Below are positions 18,869 to 29,037 of a DNA stretch of 64,000 bases, in pieces. Origin of the DNA: Acidimicrobiia bacterium (GTDB lineage: Bacteria; Actinomycetota; Acidimicrobiia; IMCC26256; JAENVU01); contig JBBSAM010000005.1 of the NCBI GenBank assembly GCA_038252255.1, positions 94,040 to 158,039 on the forward strand. Direction: 5' to 3'. Positions within the stretch are counted from its first letter, which is position 1. Each line of letters begins with the position of its first letter. Below the pieces are notes generated by a model. That model was not told where the DNA came from. It worked only from the letters and a program-made list of their open reading frames with translations, and ran no database searches. Both the position numbers and the translations under genes were made by a program.

Positions 18869-20328
18869 CGCGCGTCGGGCCTGCGTGCGCGCTCGGTGCG
18901 CTGGTTGCCGGCATTCTCGCGGGCGAGGCCCGTGGACCCGGTTCGGCGGGCCTGGCAGTCGGAGTCGCCGTCGCGCTGCTCGTCGCGGCGCTCCGGTGGC
19001 GCGGCGGGCGCGGGTTCCTGATCGCGTTGGTCGGGTGCGCGTTGCTCGGCGGCGCGGTGATGCAGCGCGCCTTGCACGGACTCGCGGTCTCTCCGCTCGT
19101 CACCGCGACCGAGCTCCGCACGCGGGTCGTGCTCGAGGGCACGCTCGCCGACGATCCGTCGGGCCCCCGGTTCGAGGTCCAGGTGCTGGTCCGGCTCGGA
19201 ACGGTCGACGGGGTATTGGCCGGCGATCGCACGGTGCTGCTCGTCGGCGGCGGAGACGTCACCTCGCGGCTCCGGGTGCTCGAGGCGGGCGACCACGTCA
19301 CGGTCGAGGGGACGCTCGAGCCCCTGTCCGGCTTCGACACCCGCTACCGGTGGCGGCACGCCGTCGCGCGCGTGCAGGTCACGGACCTCGTGGACTTCGG
19401 CCCGCCCCGCTCACCCCTTGGCCGGCTCGCGAACTCGGCGCGAGCGGCGGTCCTGGGCGGTGGTAGCGCCCTGCCGGCCACGGAACGCGCCCTGCTGGCC
19501 GGCTTTCTCCTCGGCGACACGCGTGCACTGCCCGACGACCTGGTCCACGACTTCCGTGACGCGGGGCTCAGCCACCTGCTCGCGGTCAGTGGCGCGAACG
19601 TGGCGTTCGTCCTCGCGATCGCCGGTCCGCTGCTGCGCCGGCTCCGGCTGGGCAGCCGGCTCGCGCTCGGGCTCGGGGTCCTGGTGCTGTTCGGCACGAT
19701 GACCCGCTGGGAGCCGTCGGTGTTGCGGGCTTCCGCGATGGCGGGCATCGCGATGGGAGCGACGTTCATCGGTCGCCCCGCCCCCGCGAGCCGGCTCCTC
19801 GCGTACGCCGCGTTCGGCCTGCTCGTCGCGGACCCGTTCCTCGTGCACTCGGTGGGGTTCCTGCTCTCCTGCGGCGCGGCCGCCGGCATCGTCGTGCTCG
19901 CACCCGCGTTCAGCGCCCGGATCCCCGGTCCCAGGGTCGTCGGCGAGGCCCTCGGCGTCACCGCCGCCGCGCAGATCGGGGTCCTCCCCGTCATCCTCTC
20001 GGTGTTCGGCACGATGCCGCTCATCGCGCTCCCGGCCAACCTGTTCGCCGCGCCGATCGTCGGTCCGCTCACGGTGTGGGGACTGGTCATGGGCGTGCTC
20101 GGTGGCCTCCTCGGCCCCGGCGTGGCCCGCGTGGTCCAGCTCCCGACGTACGCGCTGCTGCGCTGGGTCGAGACGGTGGCCCGGGTGAGCGCGTCCGAAC
20201 CGATCGCGATCGACGGCCGGGACCTCTGCGGGCTCGTCGCGCTCGGTTGCCTCGGCGCGGTGCTCCTCCGGATGCGGCGAGGGCGCCCCGGTAGGCTCGA
20301 TCGGGATGCCGCGCTTCCGCCTGGGTGA
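18865..20328 (+). CDS. comEC: ComEC/Rec2 family competence channel (no C-terminal metallo-beta-lactamase domain)
   Basis: It is a polytopic protein with the ComEC core (LLAGFLLGDT...LSHLLAVSGANV). Its start overlaps comEA. The ORF ends at 20328, inside the start of folP. Confidence 0.85.
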   Translation: MTRVGPACALGALVAGILAGEARGPGSAGLAVGVAVALLVAALRWRGGRGFLIALVGCALLGGAVMQRALHGLAVSPLVTATELRTRVVLEGTLADDPSGPRFEVQVLVRLGTVDGVLAGDRTVLLVGGGDVTSRLRVLEAGDHVTVEGTLEPLSGFDTRYRWRHAVARVQVTDLVDFGPPRSPLGRLANSARAAVLGGGSALPATERALLAGFLLGDTRALPDDLVHDFRDAGLSHLLAVSGANVAFVLAIAGPLLRRLRLGSRLALGLGVLVLFGTMTRWEPSVLRASAMAGIAMGATFIGRPAPASRLLAYAAFGLLVADPFLVHSVGFLLSCGAAAGIVVLAPAFSARIPGPRVVGEALGVTAAAQIGVLPVILSVFGTMPLIALPANLFAAPIVGPLTVWGLVMGVLGGLLGPGVARVVQLPTYALLRWVETVARVSASEPIAIDGRDLCGLVALGCLGAVLLRMRRGRPGRLDRDAALPPG

Positions 20329-21151
20329 CGTCGAGCACGACCTCACCACGCGCACGCTGGTGATGGGCATCCTCAACCGGACACCCGATTCCTTCTACGA
20401 CGCGGGGGAGACGTTCGCCCTCGACGCGCTCGTCGATCGGGCCGCGCGGCTCGTCGAGGACGGCGCGGACCTCCTCGACATCGGTGGCGTCAAAGCCGGT
20501 CCGGGGCCCGAGGTCGGCGAGCTGGAGGAGCTCGACCGGGTGATCCCGTCCATCGAGGCCGTCCGCGCCCGCTTCGACACCCCGATCTCGTGCGACACCT
20601 GGCGCGCCTCCGTCCTCGACGCGGCGTGCGCGGCGGGAGCCGTCGTCGGCAACGACATCAGCGGGTTCGCCGACCCCGAGTACCTCCCGGTCGCGGCGAA
20701 GCACGACGTGTCGGTCGTCGCGACGCACATCCGCCTCGCCCCACGGGTGCCGGATCCCGAACCGCACTACGACGACCTGGTGAACGACGTGCGGGACAAC
20801 CTGCTCGACCGCGCGCAGCGGGCCGAGGCCGCCGGTCTCTCTCCGAGCCAGATCTCGGTCGATGCCGGACTGGACCTTGGCAAGACGCCGGCGATGAGCG
20901 CCGTCCTGCTGCGCGAGAGCGAGTCCCTCGCGGGGCTCGGGTACGCCGTGCTCCTCTCCGCGAGCAACAAGCGGTTCCTCGGCGACACCCTCGGGCTCGA
21001 CATCGACGACCGGCGCGACGTGTCACTCGCGTCGGTGGCCTACGGGGTCGCGCACGGGTGCCGGATCGTCCGGGTCCACGATGTGGCAGGGTCGGCACAG
21101 GTCTGCCGGGTCGTGCAGGCCATCCTCGAGCAGCGCCGGGAGCGGCCGTGA
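20306..21151 (+). CDS. folP: Dihydropteroate synthase
   Basis: It has VMGILNRTPDSFYDAG and DIGG motifs and a pterin-binding TIM-barrel sequence. It overlaps comEC by 23 nt and holA by 4 nt. Confidence 0.88.
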   Translation: MPRFRLGDVEHDLTTRTLVMGILNRTPDSFYDAGETFALDALVDRAARLVEDGADLLDIGGVKAGPGPEVGELEELDRVIPSIEAVRARFDTPISCDTWRASVLDAACAAGAVVGNDISGFADPEYLPVAAKHDVSVVATHIRLAPRVPDPEPHYDDLVNDVRDNLLDRAQRAEAAGLSPSQISVDAGLDLGKTPAMSAVLLRESESLAGLGYAVLLSASNKRFLGDTLGLDIDDRRDVSLASVAYGVAHGCRIVRVHDVAGSAQVCRVVQAILEQRRERP

Positions 21152-22200
21152 CCTATCTCGTGAAGGCGGGTGATCCGACCCTGCGCTCCCGCGCCGCCCA
21201 GGCGCTCGTCGACGAGCTGGTCGGCGACGAGGACCGCACCCTCGTCGTCGAGGAGTTCACCGTGCCGTCGAAGGTGCGGGGCGGAGGCGACGACGACTCC
21301 GGCCCGCCGACCGACGAAGGCGCGCGCGGGCCCGTCGTCGCCGCGATTGTCAACGCGGCGCAGAGCCCACCCTTCATGACGAGCAAGCGGGTCGTGGTCG
21401 TCCGCGACTTCGAGCAGCTCACCGCCGACGAGTCGGCCCCGCTCGCCGCGTTGTTGACGGACCCGCTCGAGACGACGGTGTTCGTCTTCGTCGCGGGTGG
21501 TGGGCGGGCACCGAAGAGCCTGCTCGACGCACTGAAGGGCGCGGAGACGGTCGGGCCCGACTCCGAGAAGACGTCGGACGTCCTCGCCGCGGAGCTCGAG
21601 CGGGTGGACCTCGAGCTCGGCAATGATGCCGCCCGAGCAGTGGCGGTTCGCCTCGGCGACGACGCGGGCCGCGCCGCCGCGCTCGTCGACGTGCTCGTCG
21701 CCGCGTTCGGGCCGGGCGTCACGCTCAACGCCGCGGACGTCGAGCCGTATCTCGGCGAAGCGGGATCGGTTCCGGTGTTCCAGCTCACGAACGCGATCGA
21801 AGAGGGCCAGGTCGCGGGCGCGCTGAGCATCCTCGATCGGCTCCTCACGGTGACGAGCGCCCGCCAGCCCAAGCCGATGCACCCGCTGCAGATCCTCGCC
21901 ATGCTGCAGTCGCGCTACCGCAAGCTCCTGCACCTCGACGATCCGGCGATCCGGACGGTTGCCGAGGCCCACGCCGCGCTCGGCGGGAAGGGCAGCACCT
22001 TCCCGGCGAAGAAGGCGCTCGAGGCGTCACAGGCGCTCGGAACCGACGGGCTGCGCAAGGCGATCGACTCGCTGCACCGGGCCGACATCGATCTCAAGGG
22101 AGCGAGCGCGATGCCCGAGGACGCGGTGCTCGAGGTGCTCGTCGCCCGCCTCGCCGCGCTCCACGGCCGCAGCGCATCTCGCGCTGGCTCCCGCCGCTGA
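21148..22200 (+). CDS. holA: DNA polymerase III delta subunit
   Basis: GTG 21148 overlaps the folP stop (GTGA). The sequence is HolA-like (VTYLVKAGDPTLR...). Synteny is comEC-holA-rpsT. Upstream codons of track ORF 20590 overlap folP. Confidence 0.85.
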   Translation: MTYLVKAGDPTLRSRAAQALVDELVGDEDRTLVVEEFTVPSKVRGGGDDDSGPPTDEGARGPVVAAIVNAAQSPPFMTSKRVVVVRDFEQLTADESAPLAALLTDPLETTVFVFVAGGGRAPKSLLDALKGAETVGPDSEKTSDVLAAELERVDLELGNDAARAVAVRLGDDAGRAAALVDVLVAAFGPGVTLNAADVEPYLGEAGSVPVFQLTNAIEEGQVAGALSILDRLLTVTSARQPKPMHPLQILAMLQSRYRKLLHLDDPAIRTVAEAHAALGGKGSTFPAKKALEASQALGTDGLRKAIDSLHRADIDLKGASAMPEDAVLEVLVARLAALHGRSASRAGSRR

Positions 22201-22218
22201 CTCCTAAGGAAGAAACCG

Positions 22219-22262
22219 CCGGAGGGCACCGGCCAAATCCGGGTCGAGCGTTTGCCCTCCGG
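22219..22262 (-). terminator. Intrinsic terminator of rpsT (also closes holA)
   Basis: A perfect 10-bp stem CCGGAGGGCA/TGCCCTCCGG begins 7 nt after the rpsT stop. On the - strand it is followed by the U-rich CGGUUUCUUCCUU. Confidence 0.6.
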
Positions 22263-22268
22263 AGAACC

Positions 22269-22532
22269 TCAGGAGGCAGCCTTGTTCGCGGCCTTCATCA
22301 GGCGTGAGGTGCGGCGGGCCGCTTGGTTCTTGTGGATCATGCCCTTCGCGCCGGCTTTGCCCAACCGCTTCTGCGCGAGCGTGAGACGCTCCGACGCGTC
22401 CTCGCTTCCGTTCTCGAACGCCGTCGTGGCGGCCTTCGTCCGGGTCTTGAGCTCGGAGCGCACGGCGACGTTGCGTACCCGCCGCTTCTCGTTCTGAAGA
22501 TTCCGCTTCTTCTGACTCTTGATGTTCGCCAT
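22269..22532 (-). CDS. rpsT: 30S ribosomal protein S20
   Basis: MANIKSQKKRNLQNEKRR... is the bS20 signature. The protein is 87 aa. Confidence 0.96.
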   Translation of the reverse strand: MANIKSQKKRNLQNEKRRVRNVAVRSELKTRTKAATTAFENGSEDASERLTLAQKRLGKAGAKGMIHKNQAARRTSRLMKAANKAAS

Positions 22533-22657
22533 CGGGTGTCGCGACCTCGCAGTGCGTCTCGGGAACCGGGAAAGGCTATCAGGAGGCTCGGATCGGGCAC
22601 CGTTCGCCGCCCCGGGGCTCCCGCGAGGGACAATGAGCGCCCCGTTTCCGTCTGGAC

Positions 22658-24448
22658 GTGTCTGTGATCCCGCTCGACCACCTCCGCTGCCTGAGCATCA
22701 TCGCCCATATCGACCATGGGAAGAGCACGCTCGCGGACCGGATCCTCGAGATCACCGGCGCTGTCGAGATGCGGGACATGCGGGCCCAGTACCTGGACTC
22801 GATGGACATCGAGCGCGAGCGGGGCATCACCATCAAGGCCCAGAACGTGCGGCTGAACTGGAAAGACCACGTGATCAGCCTCATCGACACTCCGGGCCAC
22901 GTGGACTTCGGCTACGAGGTGTCCCGCAGCCTGGCCGCGTGCGAAGGCGTGATCCTGCTCGTGGACGCGAGCCAGGGGATCGAGGCGCAGACGCTGGCCA
23001 ATTGCTACCTGGCGATGGAGAACGACCTGGCGATCGTGGCCGCGGTGAACAAGATCGACCTGCCGGCTGCCGATCCCGACCGGGTCTCCGAGGAGATCGA
23101 GCGCGTGCTCGGCATCGCGGCCGAGGACGTGCTGCGGATCTCGGCGAAGTCCGGCGAAGGCGTGCCGGAGCTGCTCGACGCCGTGCTCGAGAAGATCCCG
23201 CCGCCGAAGGGCGATCCCGACGCGCCGCTCCAGGCGCTGATCTTCGACTCGTACTACGACCCATACCGCGGCGTCGTGAGTGCACTCCGCGTGTTCGACG
23301 GGACGTTGAACTCCGGCGCGCGGCTGCGCTTCCTCCAGGCGAGCTCGGTGTACGACGCGGAGGAGATCGGTGTCCGGCTGCCGGTACCGACGCCCGTTGC
23401 GACGCTCGGCCCGGGCGAAGTCGGGTACCTGATCGCGGGGATCAAGGACGTCGGTGAGGCGCGCGTCGGTGAGACGGTGACGACCAACGCCCGCCCCGGC
23501 GAGGTGCTCACCGGCTACCGCCACCCGAAGCCCATGGTCTTCTGCGGCCTCTATCCGGTGGAGGGCGACGAGTACGCCGACCTGCGTGAGGCGCTGGAGA
23601 AGCTTCGGCTCAACGACTCGTCGTTCACCTACGAGCCGGAGACGTCCGGCGCGCTGGGGTTCGGCTTCCGCTGCGGATTCCTCGGGCTGCTCCACATGGA
23701 GATCGTGCGCGAACGGCTGGAACGTGAGTACGACCTCGCACTCGTGGCGACCGCGCCGAACGTGGAGTACCTCGCGCACACCACGAATGGTGGCGTCGAG
23801 GTCGTGGACAACCCCTCGTCGCTCCCTCCCCTCAACGACGTCGTGTCGATCGAGGAGCCGTACGTCACCATCACGATCCTCACCCCGACCGACTACGTGG
23901 GGACGCTGATGGAGCTGTGCCAGGGGCGGCGGGGCGAGATGCAGAAGATGGACTACCTCTCCGAGGAGCGCGTCGAGCTCGTCTACGTCGTCCCGCTCGG
24001 CGAAATTGTCATGGACTTCTTCGACCAGATGAAGTCGCGCACCAAGGGCTACGCGAGCCTGGACTACGAGCGGGCCGGGTACCGCGAGTCGAAGCTGGTG
24101 AAGGTGGACATCCTGTTGAACAACGTGCCCGTCGACGCGTTCTCGTCGATCGTGCACCGGGACAAGGCGTACGACTACGGCAAGCAGATGACCGAGAAGC
24201 TGCGCGAGCTCATCCCGCGCCAGCTGTTCGACGTGCCGATCCAGGCCGCGATCGGCGGGCGCATCATCGCCCGCGAGACGGTGAAGGCGAAGCGCAAGGA
24301 CGTGATCGCGAAGTGCTACGGCGGTGACGTCAGCCGGAAGCGCAAGCTGCTCGACCGGCAGAAGGAAGGCAAGAAGAAGATGAAGCAGATCGGCCGGGTC
24401 GAGGTGCCGCAAGAAGCCTTCGTCGCCGCGCTGAAGCTCGGCGACTGA
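22658..24448 (+). CDS. lepA: Elongation factor 4 (LepA)
   Basis: It has the G domain [15 protein letters not shown] and DTPGHVDF, and the LepA C-terminal domain. Confidence 0.97.
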   Translation: MSVIPLDHLRCLSIIAHIDHGKSTLADRILEITGAVEMRDMRAQYLDSMDIERERGITIKAQNVRLNWKDHVISLIDTPGHVDFGYEVSRSLAACEGVILLVDASQGIEAQTLANCYLAMENDLAIVAAVNKIDLPAADPDRVSEEIERVLGIAAEDVLRISAKSGEGVPELLDAVLEKIPPPKGDPDAPLQALIFDSYYDPYRGVVSALRVFDGTLNSGARLRFLQASSVYDAEEIGVRLPVPTPVATLGPGEVGYLIAGIKDVGEARVGETVTTNARPGEVLTGYRHPKPMVFCGLYPVEGDEYADLREALEKLRLNDSSFTYEPETSGALGFGFRCGFLGLLHMEIVRERLEREYDLALVATAPNVEYLAHTTNGGVEVVDNPSSLPPLNDVVSIEEPYVTITILTPTDYVGTLMELCQGRRGEMQKMDYLSEERVELVYVVPLGEIVMDFFDQMKSRTKGYASLDYERAGYRESKLVKVDILLNNVPVDAFSSIVHRDKAYDYGKQMTEKLRELIPRQLFDVPIQAAIGGRIIARETVKAKRKDVIAKCYGGDVSRKRKLLDRQKEGKKKMKQIGRVEVPQEAFVAALKLGD

Positions 24449-24460
24449 CCCCGAACCAGC

Positions 24461-24509
24461 TTTTTGGCGTCGCTACTTCACCGTAGAGGTGAAGAAACGA
24501 CGCCAAAAC
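24461..24509. terminator. Long AT-rich composite hairpin between convergent lepA and the acyl-CoA dehydrogenase gene
   Basis: The outer stem is TTTTGGCGTCG (24462-24472) / CGACGCCAAAA (24498-24508). The inner stem is CTTCACC (24476-24482) / GGTGAAG (24488-24494). There is a 3x3 internal loop and no free U-tail. Confidence 0.5.
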
Positions 24510-24539
24510 GTGAATGGGCCGAGAGAAGTGTTCCGAGTC

Positions 24540-25676
24540 TCAGTCGCGGGGGAGGCCCAGGATGCGCTCGGCGAGGATGTTGCGCTGCACCTCGCTCGTC
24601 CCGCCGCCGATGGTCAACGCGCGGCTGAAGAGGTATCCCTTCGCCCACATGCCGGTTGCCTCGCCGAAGGGGCCCTGGTCGAGGAGCAGGCCGCCGCTGC
24701 CCGCGAGCTCGACGGCGGCGGCCATCACGTGCTGGCCGTGCTCGTCGGCGAGGGCCTTGCGTACGGAAGCCTCCGGTCCCGGCTCGAGTCCCTGCACCTT
24801 GGCCGAGACGGTGCGCAGCCGGATCAACCGGAGGATCTCGGACTCGATGAAGAGCGCGGCGAGGCGTTGGCGCCGGATCGGGTCGGTGACCGTCCCGTGC
24901 GCGCGCACGAGGTCCAGCAGGTCGTGCGCGGTCGGGCCGATGCCCCAGAGCGCGCCTTCACCTGAGAGCGAGACCCGTTCGTTGCCGAGCGTCACCTTTG
25001 CCAGCCGCCACCCGTCGTTCTCGGTGCCGACGATGTCCGCCGCCGGGATGCGCACGTTGTCGAAGAAGACCTCGTTGAACGTCGCGTCGTGGTCCATCTG
25101 CTTGATCGGCCGGACCGTGATCCCGGGCGTCTGCATGTCGAGGGCGAAGTACGAGATGCCGCGGTGCGGCTCCGCGTCCGGATCGGTGCGCGCGAGCAGG
25201 ATGCCGTACCGGGCGAACTGCGCCAACGTCGTCCAGATCTTCTGGCCGTTGAGCACGTACTCGTCGCCGTCGCGCACCGCCGTCGTCCGCAACGACGCGA
25301 GGTCGCTGCCGGACTCCGGCTCGCTGAAGAGCTGGCACCAGATCTCCGAGCCGTCGAGCAGGCCGGGCAGGTAGCGCCGCTGCTGCTCGGGCGTTCCTGC
25401 GACGAGGAGCGTCGGGCCGGCCCAACCGATGCCGATCGGGTTCATCGGCTTCGGTGCGAGCGCCCGCTTCAGCTCTTCGTCGATCACGAGCTGCTCGATC
25501 GGTGACGCGTCACGCCCCCAGGGCCGGGGCCAGTGCGGGGCGACGTAACCGTTCGTGGCGAGACGATGTGTCCAATCGGCCGGGTACTTCCCGCCCGGCG
25601 CGTGCTCTTCGATGAACGCACGGATCCCGCCGCGGTACTCCTCGGCTTCGGGTGGCAGCTCGAACGTCAGGGCCAT
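24540..25676 (-). CDS. Acyl-CoA dehydrogenase
   Basis: It starts at ATG 25676 (MALTFELPPEAEEYR...). It has ACAD N/M/C-domain sequence, including the C-terminal TIGGGTSEVQRNI motif. Confidence 0.88.
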   Translation of the reverse strand: MALTFELPPEAEEYRGGIRAFIEEHAPGGKYPADWTHRLATNGYVAPHWPRPWGRDASPIEQLVIDEELKRALAPKPMNPIGIGWAGPTLLVAGTPEQQRRYLPGLLDGSEIWCQLFSEPESGSDLASLRTTAVRDGDEYVLNGQKIWTTLAQFARYGILLARTDPDAEPHRGISYFALDMQTPGITVRPIKQMDHDATFNEVFFDNVRIPAADIVGTENDGWRLAKVTLGNERVSLSGEGALWGIGPTAHDLLDLVRAHGTVTDPIRRQRLAALFIESEILRLIRLRTVSAKVQGLEPGPEASVRKALADEHGQHVMAAAVELAGSGGLLLDQGPFGEATGMWAKGYLFSRALTIGGGTSEVQRNILAERILGLPRD

Positions 25677-25707
25677 CGCCGTCCGAGGGTAGTGGGAGAC
25701 TGGCGGG

Positions 25708-26874
25708 ATGGCGCTCGGCGTGTACGTGCACATCCCCTTCTGTGCGACCCGCTGCGACTACTGCGACTTCGCCACGTGGACGGACCGGGCCCATCTGATC
25801 GACGAGTACGTGGACGCATGCGTCACCGACGCGCAGCGGCAGATGGAAGGAACGGCCCGCCCGGCCACGAGCATCTTCTTCGGCGGCGGCACCCCGTCGC
25901 TGATCCCGGCCAGGGGTCTCGCCCGGATCCTCGATGCGATCGAGCGGGAGCCCGGCGCCGAGGTGACCGTCGAGTGCAATCCGGACTCCGTCGAGCCGGA
26001 GCAGCTCGCGATCTATTCGGGCGCGGGAGTCAACCGGTTGTCCTTCGGGGTCCAGTCCTTGCAGCCCCACGTGCTCGCCGAGCTCGGGCGCACGCACGAC
26101 CCCGCCGGCGTGGCCCGGGCGGTGCAGTGGGCCAGGGAAGCCGGGTTCCGGCAGGTCAGCCTCGACCTCATCTACGGGACTCCGTGCGAGTCGATCGACG
26201 ACTGGCGGCGGACGCTCGACGGCGCGCTCGCACTCGCACCGGATCACGTGAGCGCCTACGCGCTGACCGTCGAGCCGGGCACTCCGCTCGGACGCGACGT
26301 CGCCGCGGGTGGGCGCCGCGCACCGGACGACGACGATCAGGCCGACAAGTACGAGATCGCGGACGACACCCTGCGCGACGCCGGGTTCGAGTGGTACGAG
26401 ATCTCGAACTGGGCCCGGCCGGGCGGGGCGTGCCGGCACAACCTCCTCTATTGGGAGCAGGGCGACGATCTCGCGATCGGTGGCGCGGCCCACGGTCACG
26501 CGGCGGGGCGACGGTCGTGGAACCTCCGCACGCCCGAGCGCTACATCGCCGCGATCCGCTCCGAAGCGTCCGCCGAAGCCGGGGCCGAGGTGCTCGACGC
26601 GGCGGGCCGGGCCGAAGAGGCGCTCATGCTCTCGATCCGCACCCGCTCCGGCGCCACGGTCCCGGCCGGCGCCACCGCGGTGGCAGCCGAGCTCGTAGCC
26701 GGCGGTCTCGTCGAGCGCATCGGGGACCGGGTGGTGCTGACCCGCCGGGGCCGATTGCTCGCTTCCGAGGTCACGACCCGACTCCTGGGCGCCCGCTCGC
26801 TCCAGCCTGTGCACTGCGTGCCCGCTCCTCCCACTCCTGGCGAGCGGGTAGCACTCGGTAGACTCGACTGCTAA
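25708..26874 (+). CDS. hemW: Radical SAM heme chaperone HemW (HemN-like)
   Basis: It has YVHIPFCATRCDYCDF, the CxxxCxxC radical-SAM motif. Synteny is lepA-hemW-hrcA. Confidence 0.92.
   Translation: MALGVYVHIPFCATRCDYCDFATWTDRAHLIDEYVDACVTDAQRQMEGTARPATSIFFGGGTPSLIPARGLARILDAIEREPGAEVTVECNPDSVEPEQLAIYSGAGVNRLSFGVQSLQPHVLAELGRTHDPAGVARAVQWAREAGFRQVSLDLIYGTPCESIDDWRRTLDGALALAPDHVSAYALTVEPGTPLGRDVAAGGRRAPDDDDQADKYEIADDTLRDAGFEWYEISNWARPGGACRHNLLYWEQGDDLAIGGAAHGHAAGRRSWNLRTPERYIAAIRSEASAEAGAEVLDAAGRAEEALMLSIRTRSGATVPAGATAVAAELVAGGLVERIGDRVVLTRRGRLLASEVTTRLLGARSLQPVHCVPAPPTPGERVALGRLDC
26848..26874. promoter_or_regulatory. CIRCE operator (HrcA binding site)
   Basis: The sequence is GTAGCACTC-N9-GACTGCTAA versus the consensus TTAGCACTC-N9-GAGTGCTAA (8/9 + 8/9). 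It lies 29 nt upstream of hrcA and its right arm contains the hemW stop codon. Confidence 0.85.
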
Positions 26875-26902
26875 CCGGGATCCCGCACCGCTAACGAACG
26901 AG

Positions 26903-27922
26903 GTGCACGACATGGACGTAGTCGACCGCCGAGCGGCGGTGCTGCGAGCGATCGTCGAGGAGTATGTCCAGACCGCCCAGCCGGTCGCCTCGCAAGCCAT
27001 CGCCCAGTCGCGCTCGTTGGGCGTCTCCAGCGCCACCGTCCGCAACGACATGACCCAGCTCGAGCGTGAGGGCTACATCGTCCAGCCCCACACCTCGGCC
27101 GGCCGGATCCCCACCGACCAGGGCTACCGCTACTTCGTCGACCACTTCACGAAGGCGGGCTCGCTCCCCGCGGCGCAACGCCGGGCCGTCGCCGAGTTCT
27201 TCGCTTCGGCGCACAGCGCGCTCGAGGACATGCTCCACGAGACGAGCCAGCTCCTCGCGCGGCTCACCCGGCACGCCGCGGTGGTCGTGGGCCCCCAGTT
27301 CGACGCCGCCCGGGTGCGCAGCGCCCAGCTCATCAACCTGCAGCCCGAGCTGGTGCTCGCAGTCGCGGTCCTCTCCAACGGCACGATCGAGAAGGAAGTG
27401 ATCTCGAACGCCGGCGACTTCAACGACGACCAGATCTCGCGCGCCAGCCAGACGTTCGACGCCGCGTTGCGGGAGTCGTCGCTCGGAGCCATCACCTCGC
27501 CCGAGCCCACGACGGATGCGGTGGTGGACCGGCTGGTGCAGCTCGGCGTCGAGGCGCTGTCCCGCCGGGCGACTTCGGGTGCCGAGCCTCTCTACGTGGG
27601 TGGCGCGAGCCGGATCGCCGCGGAGCACGACGCATTCGCGACGGCGGAACGCGCGTCCCGCCTGCTCGAGATGCTCGAGCAACAGGTGGTCGTGGTGTCC
27701 CTCGTCCGGGACCTGCTGGACCAGGGCGTCACCGTCAGCATCGGTTCCGAGAACGACGTGGACGAGCTGCGCGACTGCTCGCTCGTCCTCGCGCCCTACA
27801 GCGTCGACGGCCAGATGCTCGGCACCGTCGGCGTGCTCGGCCCGACCCGGATGGACTACCAGCAGGCGTTGGCCGCCGTCGCCGCAGTGTCGCAGCAGCT
27901 CGGCCGGCTGCTGCTCGGCTAG
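26903..27922 (+). CDS. hrcA: Heat-inducible transcription repressor HrcA
   Basis: It has a winged-helix N-terminus ([23 protein letters not shown]). Synteny is with dnaJ and a CIRCE lies upstream. Confidence 0.93.
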   Translation: MHDMDVVDRRAAVLRAIVEEYVQTAQPVASQAIAQSRSLGVSSATVRNDMTQLEREGYIVQPHTSAGRIPTDQGYRYFVDHFTKAGSLPAAQRRAVAEFFASAHSALEDMLHETSQLLARLTRHAAVVVGPQFDAARVRSAQLINLQPELVLAVAVLSNGTIEKEVISNAGDFNDDQISRASQTFDAALRESSLGAITSPEPTTDAVVDRLVQLGVEALSRRATSGAEPLYVGGASRIAAEHDAFATAERASRLLEMLEQQVVVVSLVRDLLDQGVTVSIGSENDVDELRDCSLVLAPYSVDGQMLGTVGVLGPTRMDYQQALAAVAAVSQQLGRLLLG

Positions 27923-27930
27923 GCACCACC

Positions 27931-29037
27931 ATGGCTGCTGACCTCTACGCGCTGCTCGGTGTGGCACCGAACGCCACCGAAGACGAGCTGAAGCGCGCCT
28001 ACCGGCGGCTCGCGCGCGAGCTGCACCCCGACGCGAACCCCGGGAACCCGACCGCCGAGGCGCAGTTCAAGGAGATCACGGTCGCGTACGAGACGCTGCG
28101 CGACCCCGAGCGGCGCCGGCGCTACGACCAGTTCGGCGACGACGGGCGAGGAGGCGGCGCGCCCAACGCGGCCGACTTCGGGTTCGGCGACCTCTTCGAC
28201 GCGTTCTTCTCCGGGACGTTCGGTGGCGGTGGCGGAGCCGGCCCGGCCCGGGCGCCGGACGCCGAGGCGATCATCGAGCTCGATCTCGTCCAGGCGGCGT
28301 TCGGGATCACGGAGTCGCTCGAGCTGGTGCTGCCGAGCGAGTGCGACCGGTGCGAGGGCTCGGGCTGCGAACCCGGCACGCATCCCACGCGCTGCGAGAC
28401 CTGCGGGGGAGCGGGCGAGGTGCGCCAGGTGCGGCGGTCGGTCCTGGGCCAGCTCGTGACCGCGGCACCGTGCCACGCCTGCTCGGGAACCGGCCAGCGC
28501 ATCCCGAACCCGTGCAGCAGCTGCGGGGGTGACGGCCGGGTGCGCGCGACGCGCCACATCGAGGTGGAGGTGCCCGCGGGCATCGACGACGGCCAACGCC
28601 TGCGGCTCACCGGACGCGGCCCGGCCGCGCCGCGCAACGGCATGGCCGGCGACCTGTACGTCAGCGTGCGCGTGCGCCCGCATCCGACGCTCGAGCGCCA
28701 GGGCTACGACCTGGTGCACCGGCGCACCATCGCGATGACCCAGGCGGCGCTCGGGACGGTGCTCGAGGTCGAGACGCTCGAAGAGCCGGAAGCGGTCGCG
28801 GTGCCACCGGGGACGCAGCCCGGTCATGTCTTCCGGCTGAAGGGTCATGGCGTCCCGGTCCTCCAAGGCCGCGGGCGCGGCGATCTCCTGTTGCAGATCG
28901 ACATCGAGGTGCCCAAGCGCGTCTCGGACGAGGAGAGCGATCTCCTGCGCCGGCTCGCCGAGCTGCGCGGCGAAGACGTAGGTGCACCGCCCGAAGGTTT
29001 CCTCTCACGGATCCGGTCGACGTTCGGCGACCGGTGA
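27931..29037 (+). CDS. dnaJ: Chaperone DnaJ
   Basis: It has a J domain with HPD (ELHPDAN), a G/F region, and four CxxCxGxG zinc-finger repeats. Confidence 0.96.
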   Translation: MAADLYALLGVAPNATEDELKRAYRRLARELHPDANPGNPTAEAQFKEITVAYETLRDPERRRRYDQFGDDGRGGGAPNAADFGFGDLFDAFFSGTFGGGGGAGPARAPDAEAIIELDLVQAAFGITESLELVLPSECDRCEGSGCEPGTHPTRCETCGGAGEVRQVRRSVLGQLVTAAPCHACSGTGQRIPNPCSSCGGDGRVRATRHIEVEVPAGIDDGQRLRLTGRGPAAPRNGMAGDLYVSVRVRPHPTLERQGYDLVHRRTIAMTQAALGTVLEVETLEEPEAVAVPPGTQPGHVFRLKGHGVPVLQGRGRGDLLLQIDIEVPKRVSDEESDLLRRLAELRGEDVGAPPEGFLSRIRSTFGDR

